From: Roseburia sp. CAG:10041_57
Lineage (GTDB): Bacteria; Bacillota; Clostridia; Lachnospirales; Lachnospiraceae
Direction: 5' to 3'
Assembly (NCBI GenBank): GCA_001916965.1
Contig: MNTL01000004.1
Span: forward strand, 33,971-97,970
DNA: 64,000 nt
The notes below the pieces were generated by a model. The model saw nothing but the letters and a program-made list of their open reading frames with translations. It had not been told where the DNA came from and made no database searches. Shown one piece after another: positions 53,901 to 61,948 of this stretch. Within the stretch, counting starts at the first letter, position 1. Each line of letters begins with the position of its first letter. The translations under genes were made by a program, and so were the position numbers.

Positions 53901-53917
53901 TTTTTATTTTATTTTAA
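50909..53917 (+). CDS. Mrr-like PD-(D/E)xK nuclease + P-loop (STAND-like) NTPase + TPR protein (Avs-like defence candidate)
   Basis: W.SFE, TRDHGIDG, VEAK, VVTN..FS (Mrr_cat-like). Walker A EGDRGIGKS. TPR-like SRAYNNEGVWYFENGNICEALDCLQHAL. Start taken as the ATG at 50909 after AAGG. Confidence 0.75.
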   Translation: MSENLDAKKNWKSFEILAVKIVKIQIEGILEYDNLEFHEDSVPLTRDHGIDGQLHITLSGNDITITVEAKLRSKGPLGLKEFASSIVNYFINLSDIHFVVTNVEFSEDAQNILKSIQKKREKYCLNYIDGSLIQQSIKKINYNDCNHDQKKQLEELVSYFSKQNYSHTLPIQYQNLEGRVRKIFAENTYILPQHISAEKEICSLLNRNNCFLIVEGDRGIGKSYVIDRALANYKENSSVIPIDLSSDWSRQTLLLEITKELLQLDFSKLLALLSEADKKDLNRQILENANTEDDYLIALKQLLFFDVDEKVHYNYLIRTFFANILEKTNISILLYLYNINEVSIQVSNFFLNFLPAIADKIKTIIEVDNVPLVQSTEESINFVHSLRQYSQGGISATTYWMHECKKDEVLEYIKRNLRLSSSQDIANYICYKYGCNLMVLADVLDYINQNGIKTQTEIARMPLVQYGTFSNYLLEQYYQKLSDKQKKAFIWSAVIIELLDGHLNYELLIELEGVLDIDNIANLLLDTPFFEETGEAIVVKNSTYKNILTASIPQFEKLRVIKFLLKHKTSWDLPEVQMQYKECCFKLIAKKEVDILEIKNLITTLRVQNLTNLKSHLLFLCYQYFDSTEPESKSTLFFLVEYLESITEKLLYCRKENNELLEKANSLCKNQIAAINKTNNDTSDIYELQVKIYFLYYNQQKTLFRFDLAEEFIDKGLLLEQHCLDKELVGKMYWCKGLCLKERGIKPGFLDFMLKGIKKYPDAMYLKICYLSNYASSNFKTDLNKSYKALDVGIRLAQKAQFIDLEVWLSNNQIICNLTKKDFSEACLKQIIAVREKADRYELLSDISRAYNNEGVWYFENGNICEALDCLQHALNIFDESVTDQQKFLFRTNKIVLLWKEKKNIKNDLNILYDWLKDNYRIMESKLNKTSNLKKENNYAAILSLYKVSCITGQNWFVQKLTEWFKYPAFDSIKNNPINAFEPGKDIIDKAFLVKNEIFILF

Positions 53918-53935
53918 AATCTACAGAACATATTA

Positions 53936-53979
53936 TCTGCCGTACACACTCTCCCTGTAGAAAATGTGTGTATGGCAGA
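53936..53979. terminator. Hairpin between convergent genes (likely bidirectional terminator)
   Basis: Stem TCTGCCGTACACAC / GTGTGTATGGCAGA (14 bp, one G-T pair) with a 16-nt loop. Confidence 0.65.
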
Positions 53980-53984
53980 ATCTA

Positions 53985-56165
53985 CTAGCACTTTTGGTAA
54001 ATTGTATCAATTAAGCCTGCTTTAGACTCATTAGAATAAACCAGTAACTTCTCTACATAGGTATACAATTCAAAATAAATTGACCATAATTGTTCAAGCG
54101 TCAAGCTAGCATAATCGAAAGCTACTGATATATGTACAACATTTCTAGAAGCATTCCTTAGGTGCTTGTATTTCAAACCAACTTTGTCATAAGACATTAT
54201 TTTAAAATTATTTTTTGTATCATAATACAAAGAATAGATACTCGTAAAAGGAATATTGGTGACAAGTGTTTTCTCCGGTTTAAATGCTGTCTTTATATTT
54301 CGTATATAATTTATAAGAGGTAAAACTTTATATTCGCTCATTAATGGAGATTCCAATAAAACTAGTAATTCTGTAAACTTAAGGTCTAGAGTGGCTGCTT
54401 CATCCTTATCGGACACCAATGATACGTCAGCTAGATGTTTCTTTTCTGAAAACACATCATATAAACTTCCGTTATAAACAACATACCCATATGCGGTATT
54501 CTTATAAATAACAGGAAGTTTTCTATCATTGGCAATTGATTCCATTGTATGGATTCGTTCTCCTTTGGTCAATACATATTCTTCTGTGGAATAAGGATTC
54601 CAAATGTTAGTGGTATTAATAATATCAAAATAATAAGCAAAAAGGTAGCTACCATCATTTGTGTCGATTTCCCATAATTTATAATCTATCACATTTTCAC
54701 ATATTTCCTGAATATTTAAAACCGTACAATGAATACAGTTTTGGATGATTTGTGCAATATCAAATTTAGAAGGCAATTCAGTAAGATAAGGATAAGTATC
54801 CATTGAATGCACTTTTATTGCCTGATACCAATCTATACTTTTTTTCAAAAATTGCGTTTGTTTTTTTTCTGCTTTTAATCCATATGCAAACATATGCGAA
54901 TCAAAAAAATCAAATGTCTGCTCTATTTTTTTGGCAGATTGTTTTGCATTTTTACCCATATAATCAGTCAAAAATGGCTGACCACAGAAAAAGAGCAGTT
55001 TTTGCCTTAATGCTATAATATCATTGTAAGGCACAACAAAACCGTTATACCAATCTTCTAAATAGTCTTTTCCATAACCGTTGGGTGTTGCAATAACAGG
55101 AATTCCTTGATTTAATGCTTCTAATAACACTAAACCACCTGCTTCATATTTGGAGTGGGTAATCAGTACAGAACTTTTTAATAAAAGTGTACTTATGCCT
55201 TCCGGTGGAAGTGTTCCCCACCATATAATTCGATGTTGTTTTTCAAAATTTACGAGTTGTGGGATGTCTTCTTTTATATCATTTCTGAACTGTTCTATTT
55301 GACTTGGGGCACCACCTACAATCCATAAATTAGGCATTTGCTCACCTATAATCTCATAAGCCTGCACCCACGCAATAATAATTTCTTTAATTCCCTTATT
55401 TTTATGTATTCGACCAAAATATATAAAATTTTTTCGATTCCACCACAAATAATCATCTTCTTTGTTAATGTATGAAAAATAGCTCAAATATTGTTGTTCT
55501 ACGATTGTACTTCCGAGTGTATTGACTCGTACTTCACCTCTAGTATTATAGGCAGGATAAAGATAATTATTGTCTACCTTTAATCCGGCTAAAATAAGAT
55601 GTTCTGACGGAATAGCATACAATTCCCGCATTTCATTTATTTCGGACAGTGACGAACAGATTAAATATTTAGCGTGTGCAAATACTTTTTCTTCTTCATG
55701 GATCCGTTGCTTTGCTATATCTTCTACGGCACCAGTCTGTTCTTTTTTCTTAGCGTTAGATAAGATTGTGTGTACATAAAATGTATTATATTGTTCAGCG
55801 AGCTCGTATGCCAACATACCTGATTGCCAATAACTGCTATGAAATATAAATGAACAATCACTGTATTTTGATAAAATTTCAATGATTAATTCTTTTGAGC
55901 GTGAGTGGTAGTTTTGTAAAACATCCTTGTCTATAGGTCCCCAATCCCCTAAATTGATTCTATAAAAATCAGAGAATGGTGTTATGCTTATATATTCCTC
56001 TAAATGTGGATATTTTTTTCGCGTAATATAAATGTGATATATGTTATTTTTCTGCAATTCTTGTAAAAGACTTCTTGAATAGGTGTTACCTCCTCCTATA
56101 TCGCCTGCCCCCGAGGGAATAGTTGGATCACAATGTAAATCGATAATTACAACATATTTCTTCAT
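53985..56165 (-). CDS. MshA/SPS-like GT4 glycosyltransferase with an extra ~290-aa C-terminal domain
   Basis: DLHCDP...GAGDIGGGNTY, FHSSYWQSG, YFGRIHKNKG, SKYEAGGLVLLEA..GIPVIAT. AAAGGAG RBS. Confidence 0.8.
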   Translation of the reverse strand: MKKYVVIIDLHCDPTIPSGAGDIGGGNTYSRSLLQELQKNNIYHIYITRKKYPHLEEYISITPFSDFYRINLGDWGPIDKDVLQNYHSRSKELIIEILSKYSDCSFIFHSSYWQSGMLAYELAEQYNTFYVHTILSNAKKKEQTGAVEDIAKQRIHEEEKVFAHAKYLICSSLSEINEMRELYAIPSEHLILAGLKVDNNYLYPAYNTRGEVRVNTLGSTIVEQQYLSYFSYINKEDDYLWWNRKNFIYFGRIHKNKGIKEIIIAWVQAYEIIGEQMPNLWIVGGAPSQIEQFRNDIKEDIPQLVNFEKQHRIIWWGTLPPEGISTLLLKSSVLITHSKYEAGGLVLLEALNQGIPVIATPNGYGKDYLEDWYNGFVVPYNDIIALRQKLLFFCGQPFLTDYMGKNAKQSAKKIEQTFDFFDSHMFAYGLKAEKKQTQFLKKSIDWYQAIKVHSMDTYPYLTELPSKFDIAQIIQNCIHCTVLNIQEICENVIDYKLWEIDTNDGSYLFAYYFDIINTTNIWNPYSTEEYVLTKGERIHTMESIANDRKLPVIYKNTAYGYVVYNGSLYDVFSEKKHLADVSLVSDKDEAATLDLKFTELLVLLESPLMSEYKVLPLINYIRNIKTAFKPEKTLVTNIPFTSIYSLYYDTKNNFKIMSYDKVGLKYKHLRNASRNVVHISVAFDYASLTLEQLWSIYFELYTYVEKLLVYSNESKAGLIDTIYQKC

Positions 56166-56192
56166 CTATATAGAACTCCTTTTGGTGTATAT

Positions 56193-56242
56193 TTTAGAAT
56201 TATCCTGTATCTATACAAATAACGGATAACTAAAAATTATCC
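56193..56242 (-). repeat. 50-bp inverted repeat, right copy; overlaps the recombinase stop codon
   Basis: TTTAGAATTATCCTGTATCTATACAAATAACGGATAACTAAAAATTATCC. The last 6 nt read GGA TAA on the minus strand, the end of the recombinase ORF. Confidence 0.95.
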
Positions 56243-57166
56243 TTCAACTCTCATCTTTTTCCTCGGATGCTTATTAGTCAGAATCTCTCTTTGCTTTGCT
56301 AATGTAACATGGGTATATATTTCAGTTACATTGATGGAGCTGTGCCCAAGCATTTCCTGAATATAACGGATATCCACATCTTCTTCTAAAAGTGCTGTTG
56401 CAAAAGTATGACGAAACATATGAGGAGTAATATGTTGATCTATGGATGCAACAGAAGTATATTTATTTATCATCCTTCTTACACTTTGGTCGGAGAGTGG
56501 TTTGCCGGATTGACTGGCAAAAAAATGATTACAGGAAACAATTTCTTTGTGATATTTTTTTTCATATTCTTTTAAAATGTTTAATACATCTTCATTTCCG
56601 ATATGTATCCGCCTTTCCTTACTGCCTTTTCCATAGATCAGAATGGAACCTTCATTGAGATTGACTTCATTTGGAGTCAGGTTGCATAATTCGGATATGC
56701 GAATACCTGTTGCAAATAGAAATTCTATAACAGCCGCATCACGAAGCGCGTTTCTTCTTTGATATGGCGTACGAGCTGTCTGGTGTTCATGATAAATCGT
56801 TGCTAAGATGCTTTCGATAGAGTGTAAAGGGATTGTTTTAGGCAAAAGAATTGGTTCCCGGAAACGAATGTGCAGTTTATCAAAAGGATTTTTTTCAAGG
56901 ATTTCTTTGTACTCAAGATAATGAAAAAAAGCTTTGGTAGACGCTATTTTGCGTTTGACGGTTTTGGGCTTGTAATGTGCATGTAGAGAACTGATGTAGG
57001 ATTCAAGGATAGGAATAGAGAGTTCTTCTATTTCAGTATCTTCAATGAAACAGAGAAATTGATATAAGTCTATCATATAGGATTTGATGGTCTTGGAATC
57101 CAGTTTTTTTTGAGCTGTGCAATAGGCAAGATAATTTGAAAGATGTGATTGATTTTTTGTTTTCAT
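56237..57166 (-). CDS. Xer-like tyrosine recombinase
   Basis: Core-binding N-domain plus complete catalytic set: ATGIRISEL (R), GKGSKER (K), HMFRH (HxxR), LGHS, EIYTH (Y). AAAGGAG RBS. Confidence 0.93.
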   Translation of the reverse strand: MKTKNQSHLSNYLAYCTAQKKLDSKTIKSYMIDLYQFLCFIEDTEIEELSIPILESYISSLHAHYKPKTVKRKIASTKAFFHYLEYKEILEKNPFDKLHIRFREPILLPKTIPLHSIESILATIYHEHQTARTPYQRRNALRDAAVIEFLFATGIRISELCNLTPNEVNLNEGSILIYGKGSKERRIHIGNEDVLNILKEYEKKYHKEIVSCNHFFASQSGKPLSDQSVRRMINKYTSVASIDQHITPHMFRHTFATALLEEDVDIRYIQEMLGHSSINVTEIYTHVTLAKQREILTNKHPRKKMRVEG

Positions 57167-57194
57167 TTTATAGAGTCTCCTTTGATTAATATTT

Positions 57195-57338
57195 TGTAAC
57201 TATTCAGAGCCATGCAAATTAAGGCAGAATATACTTGTTTACAAGCATATTTGACTCAATTTATATGGCGAAGTAACCACATGAGCAAAAACAAGCTGTG
57301 AAACAGCGATTTTGCGAATGGGGTTCTGAATAGTTACA
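57195..57338. mobile_element. 144-bp MITE-like element or small invertible promoter segment
   Basis: Perfect 14-bp TIR TGTAACTATTCAGA (57195-57208) / TCTGAATAGTTACA (57325-57338), flanked by an ATATTT direct repeat (57189-57194, 57339-57344). Confidence 0.6.
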
Positions 57339-57564
57339 ATATTTAAATATGTATCGGATTTTTGCGAAATTTTTGATGTAATGGGTTGCAAAGATAAGGT
57401 AGACATTATATGATAGTTGCGTCTGCAAAGTGAATTTTGAGTACGGTATTCAAATAGAAACAGCTTGTTTTGAAGAGTGCATAATTACATTTTATTACTT
57501 GCGAAAGATATAATAGTAACCATAATATGTCAATGTATAGTATAATATATAAAAAGATAGACGT

Positions 57565-59223
57565 ATGGACAGAATGGAGAAAACAGTGAAAAAAATTAAT
57601 ATAAATATAGTAGCCGCATTATTAGGCGGTATTGCGTTTGTACTCATCTATGGCGTAAAAATATTAAATCCACTCTATACAGACTGGTTATTAACAGGAG
57701 GTGACCCATCCCAGCATTATCTGGGCTGGGAGTTTTTCAGACGTTCAGACTGGTATTTCCCTTTGGGATTAACAGACCAGTTGGCATATCCGTTGAAGAC
57801 CTCAGTTATATATACGGATTCAATTCCGATATTTGCTGTTTTTTTTAAGTTGTTCCGAAGTATATTGCCCCGGCAATTTCAGTATTTTGGTATTTGGGGA
57901 TTGTTATGCTTTGTTTTACAGGGATATTATGCAGCGAAGATTTTGGGTGAACGTAGTTCTTCCAAGACAGTAATTTTGGCAGGGAGTATTTTCTTTATTG
58001 TATCGCCTGTTATGGTTTTTCGTATGTATTATCATACTGCTTTGGCAGCGCACTGGCTGATCTTATTGGCGATTTATTTTTATTCGAAACATGAAAAAGA
58101 ATACAGGGATATTTTCAGGCCTGTAATGCAGTGGGGAATACTTGGGATTCTGATCGGATCTATTCATCTGTATTTTGTACCAATGTGTGGAGCAATTCTT
58201 TTAGGATATATTCTGTGCAGTATATGGAAAGAGAGAAAGATACGCATTAGATTTTTCTATCCTGGTATCAGCTTTTCTGTGGGATTATTTCTGACGGTTT
58301 ATTTATTGGGAGGATTCAGCAGTGGAGCGGACACAGGAACAAATAATCTGGGACTGTTTAGCTTTAACCTGAATGCGTTTCTCAATCCCATGAGTTATTC
58401 CACTCTTTTAAAGAACACTTCTTTATGGGATTGGCCGTTTTATACGCAAGGCCAGTATGAGGGATTCTCTTATTTAGGAATGGGTATTATTTTATTGTGC
58501 GTATGTGGCATTGGGCTGATGATAAAAAATATATGCAGGAGAAAGAAGCCATCTGTTTATCAGATAATGACAGTTTTAATGAGTGTTGGATTGATTGTTA
58601 TGGCTGCTTCCCCGACAATTACCTGGAATGATAAATTATTACTGCAGTTACCATATTCCAGCACGATATACAAATACTGGGGAATTTTTGGTTCCTGTGG
58701 CCGTATGGCATGGCCTGTAGTCTATTTTCTGATGATATTTGGAATTACCTCCATAGGCAATATGAAATGGAAACGGAAAGAGATCTCCAACGTAATAATA
58801 ATACTGGCATGTTTGGTGCAAGTGATTGATTTAAGTGGACAGCTGTACAAAAGACATGAGAATTATAGTGAGAAGGTTGTTTACCAAAGTCCGTTAGCTG
58901 GCTCTGTATGGGATGATATTATTTCCTCCGGAGAGTATAAGCATGTTGTATGGGTCACTCATAATGTGGATCATAATGATGTGATACAGGTTGCAGTTTA
59001 TGCAATGAAAAATGACATGACAATGGGTAATTTTTATTTTGCGCGGGGAATTGATAAGCGAGATATTATTGAAGAACAGCTGCAGAATACATCAGAGGAT
59101 TGTGTATATGTTTTTCTAAAGTCTGATGATACATTTGGGTATGAAATTTATGAAAACTATGAGGATGTACTGCATTTTTATCCTTGTGGGGATTATATGA
59201 TAGGAACAGTGAAGAGTTTATGA
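57565..59223 (+). CDS. Multi-pass GT-C-like membrane protein (DUF6311-like)
   Basis: GDPSQHYLGWEFFR, YTDSIP, QYFGIW, HTALAAHW, QYEGFSYLG, GRMAWP. Confidence 0.65.
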   Translation: MDRMEKTVKKININIVAALLGGIAFVLIYGVKILNPLYTDWLLTGGDPSQHYLGWEFFRRSDWYFPLGLTDQLAYPLKTSVIYTDSIPIFAVFFKLFRSILPRQFQYFGIWGLLCFVLQGYYAAKILGERSSSKTVILAGSIFFIVSPVMVFRMYYHTALAAHWLILLAIYFYSKHEKEYRDIFRPVMQWGILGILIGSIHLYFVPMCGAILLGYILCSIWKERKIRIRFFYPGISFSVGLFLTVYLLGGFSSGADTGTNNLGLFSFNLNAFLNPMSYSTLLKNTSLWDWPFYTQGQYEGFSYLGMGIILLCVCGIGLMIKNICRRKKPSVYQIMTVLMSVGLIVMAASPTITWNDKLLLQLPYSSTIYKYWGIFGSCGRMAWPVVYFLMIFGITSIGNMKWKRKEISNVIIILACLVQVIDLSGQLYKRHENYSEKVVYQSPLAGSVWDDIISSGEYKHVVWVTHNVDHNDVIQVAVYAMKNDMTMGNFYFARGIDKRDIIEEQLQNTSEDCVYVFLKSDDTFGYEIYENYEDVLHFYPCGDYMIGTVKSL

Positions 59224-60038
59224 TTTTAGCAATTAATTATGCAGATGAAAGCTTTTCCAAGGCACAGAAGTGGAATTTGGAAACAGCACTCCGTTGGGGC
59301 GCAGATAAAGTAATTGGATATACACCGAAAGATATAGATGCAGAATTTAGAGAGAAGAATAAGGATATTCTGGCTGCAAAGAAAGGAAATGGTTTCTACT
59401 TGTGGAAACCGTATTTCCTTAACAAAGCATATAAGGAATTGGAGGATGGAGATTATCTGATCTATACAGATGCAGGGTCCATATACATTAATAAGATTCA
59501 GTATCTTATTGATTGTATGGAGAAAGAAGAGATGGATATCATGACCTTTTCTCTGGAAAAGGAGATGCTGGAGCGCAAATATAATAAGCGGGATGCATTT
59601 GTCCTTATGGGATGTGATATACCTGAATATGCCAACACTCCACAGTCTATAGGTGGATATGTGGTATTAAAGAAGTCTCCTTTTGTGGAGAAATTTTTGA
59701 AAGAAGATCTGGAATATGCGCAGGATCCGAGAATTATTACAGAACAGGAAAATACACAGGGAAAACCCAATTATCCGGACTTTGTAGTACACAGGCATGA
59801 TCAGGCGGTATGGTCTTTGATGGTAAAGAAGTATCATTTAAAAAGATTTAGAGATCCTTCACAGTTTGGCATGCAGAATTCATATGAAAAGGATGTAGAG
59901 GAGAGAAGTACATTCCCACAGATTATTGACTCTCACAGGATGAATGTGGGAAGCCGGTTTGAATTAAGCTGGCGAAGGAGCAGATTGGGAAAGATATATA
60001 TAAGAATCAAATCTAAATTAGGGAATAGAAGGCCATAA
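59220..60038 (+). CDS. Putative GT-A glycosyltransferase / nucleotide-sugar transferase
   Basis: GFYLWKPY, YTDAG and HRHDQAVWSL. ATGA overlap with the upstream stop. Confidence 0.55.
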   Translation: MILAINYADESFSKAQKWNLETALRWGADKVIGYTPKDIDAEFREKNKDILAAKKGNGFYLWKPYFLNKAYKELEDGDYLIYTDAGSIYINKIQYLIDCMEKEEMDIMTFSLEKEMLERKYNKRDAFVLMGCDIPEYANTPQSIGGYVVLKKSPFVEKFLKEDLEYAQDPRIITEQENTQGKPNYPDFVVHRHDQAVWSLMVKKYHLKRFRDPSQFGMQNSYEKDVEERSTFPQIIDSHRMNVGSRFELSWRRSRLGKIYIRIKSKLGNRRP

Positions 60039-60080
60039 ATACAAAGGAAACTATTTTGTCTGAAAGAGGAAGTATACAAT

Positions 60081-61931
60081 ATGAGGAAAAGAAGAACAAT
60101 ATTAATATTTAGTTTAATAGCGGCGATTTGTTCGACAGTTGCGTTATTGGCTGATGTGGAAACAACGGGTAATCTGTCCATGGCGCTTAATGGAGATACA
60201 ATTGTATCTTTTATAACGGTAATTGGATTATTTGTAGTATACAGAAATGTACTGCTTAGGGAGAATAATTTCTGTGTATCTGCAACGATTAGGGCTAAGC
60301 TTGGAAATGCAGTAACAGCTTTACTTTTTTCTGCCTGCATGATCATTGGAAAGTCACAGAATGCTCATGTAGATCTGAAATATCCTTTTTTGGCAGTTAT
60401 TATGTTTCCGGGATATTTATGGTTCTTTTACTTTCTGCTTTCCTTTTGTACGCAATGGCTCACCGAGGCTGTTAAAGGACAACGCTTGGAAACTCCGGGT
60501 AAGATAACGGAGTGGATATTTGATGAGCATATAATGATAAGTGTATTTATATTTGTTTTTCTGTGCAGACTTCCGTATTTGATAGCTTTTTTCCCTTGCA
60601 GTATGTCATGGGATGGGGGAGCTCAAATCAGTAATTTCTATGGAATAGAGATTTTTACCAATCATCATCCTCCATTGTGCAGCTTTTTCTATGGTGCAAT
60701 TGCGTGGTATTCTCAGAAATGGGGATGTGCGAACCTGGGGATGTTCATGATTCCGTTGATTCAGACAGCTTTATCGGCATGGGCTGTTTCGCAACTGTGT
60801 ATTTTATTATATAAATTAAAAAGCCCATACTGGATGCGTTGGGGCACTCTGTTATATTTTGCACTGTTTACGGTCTGGAGTATATTTGATGTTACGGTGA
60901 TCAAAGATTCCATGTACTGGCAGTTTACTCTGCTGTTTGGGGTAGAAGCAGCGAAGTGCCTGTTTTTTAAAGATGAATTCTTTGCAAAGAAAAGAAATAT
61001 GCTCGGAATGATAATTTATGCCGTTCTTATGATGCAGATTCGTAATAATGGTGTATTTGTATTGTTATTTATGGCGCCTTTTATCATTTTAATGTCTCCA
61101 AAAGGTAAAAAATGGTGTACAACGGCGATTGTAATAGTAGCATTGGGAATATCGGCATTAATGAATCAGGTAGTATATCCGGCAGCAGGGGTAATCAGTC
61201 TTGAAGATAAAGTAGACACCTATTGCATTATGTTTCAGCAGACAGCGAAATATGTACAGGAGCATTCGGGAGATGTTACACCCAAGGAACGGGAAGTACT
61301 GGATAAGGTGTTTGATTATGAGGAACTTCAGAAAGCATACGAACCGCATCTGGCAGACTGGGTAAAGAATTGTCTGAGAAAACAGGAAGGCAGTACAGAT
61401 GATCCGACAGGAAGTTATTTTGCAGGTTTAAAGAAGGACTACTTCAGAGTATGGTTTCAACAGTTTATGAAACATCCATTAACATATGTGGAGGCATTCT
61501 TTGAATGTTCCTATGGTTATTATTATCCGGATGAGGGAACGTATAAAGAGGGACTCGGGTTCTATGAAGAAGAAAGATACATGTTTACCAGAAGTATGTC
61601 AGATGCAAGCCAGATAGAGGGATTGGCACGTGCCAGATTCCTGATGGAACAGGTCAGTAAGCTGGAATATGCTCCGGGTATTGGAATGTTGTACCGTTGT
61701 GGTTTCTATGCGTGGTGTGTTATATTCGCTTTTACATATGCAGTGGTGTGGAGAAAATATAAGATGGCGGTTATGACAATACCTGCGGTAACCAATTTAC
61801 TAGTGTGTATGATTTCACCTGTGAATACCTGCATTCGGTATGCGATGCCAACAATGTGCATGATTCCGCTGCTTGCTGCATTGCTGTGGTACAATGAGAA
61901 CCGGGAGTCAGGTGACGAAAGGCTATATTGA
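60081..61931 (+). CDS. Multi-pass GT-C-like membrane protein (DUF6020-like)
   Basis: SWD, NHHPP, IKDS, RNNG, QQTAKY, RY.MP. Confidence 0.65.
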   Translation: MRKRRTILIFSLIAAICSTVALLADVETTGNLSMALNGDTIVSFITVIGLFVVYRNVLLRENNFCVSATIRAKLGNAVTALLFSACMIIGKSQNAHVDLKYPFLAVIMFPGYLWFFYFLLSFCTQWLTEAVKGQRLETPGKITEWIFDEHIMISVFIFVFLCRLPYLIAFFPCSMSWDGGAQISNFYGIEIFTNHHPPLCSFFYGAIAWYSQKWGCANLGMFMIPLIQTALSAWAVSQLCILLYKLKSPYWMRWGTLLYFALFTVWSIFDVTVIKDSMYWQFTLLFGVEAAKCLFFKDEFFAKKRNMLGMIIYAVLMMQIRNNGVFVLLFMAPFIILMSPKGKKWCTTAIVIVALGISALMNQVVYPAAGVISLEDKVDTYCIMFQQTAKYVQEHSGDVTPKEREVLDKVFDYEELQKAYEPHLADWVKNCLRKQEGSTDDPTGSYFAGLKKDYFRVWFQQFMKHPLTYVEAFFECSYGYYYPDEGTYKEGLGFYEEERYMFTRSMSDASQIEGLARARFLMEQVSKLEYAPGIGMLYRCGFYAWCVIFAFTYAVVWRKYKMAVMTIPAVTNLLVCMISPVNTCIRYAMPTMCMIPLLAALLWYNENRESGDERLY

Positions 61932-61948
61932 TAGAAGAGGACAAGTGA

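Noticed and set aside
50778..56242. Segment as an excisable integrative element, prophage or DDE transposon
   Set aside because: The repeats and spacers are inverted rather than direct, the recombinase lies outside them, and there is no transposase, target duplication or phage gene. Homology-independent excision cannot be fully excluded.
56237..57166. Recombinase as housekeeping XerC/XerD with the repeat as chromosomal dif
   Set aside because: There are two inverted copies with 7-bp spacers, one overlapping the gene's own stop codon, in an accessory locus. dif is a single site with a 6-bp spacer.
50736..57429. GTCTGCAAA direct repeat (50736-50744 and 57421-57429) as outer attL/attR
   Set aside because: Only 9 bp with no tRNA or other target evidence; plausible by chance.
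57479..57497. GCATAA-TTACATT-TTATTA as a third recombinase core
   Set aside because: Only the inner ATAA/TTAT matches, the spacer differs, and the context is very AT-rich.
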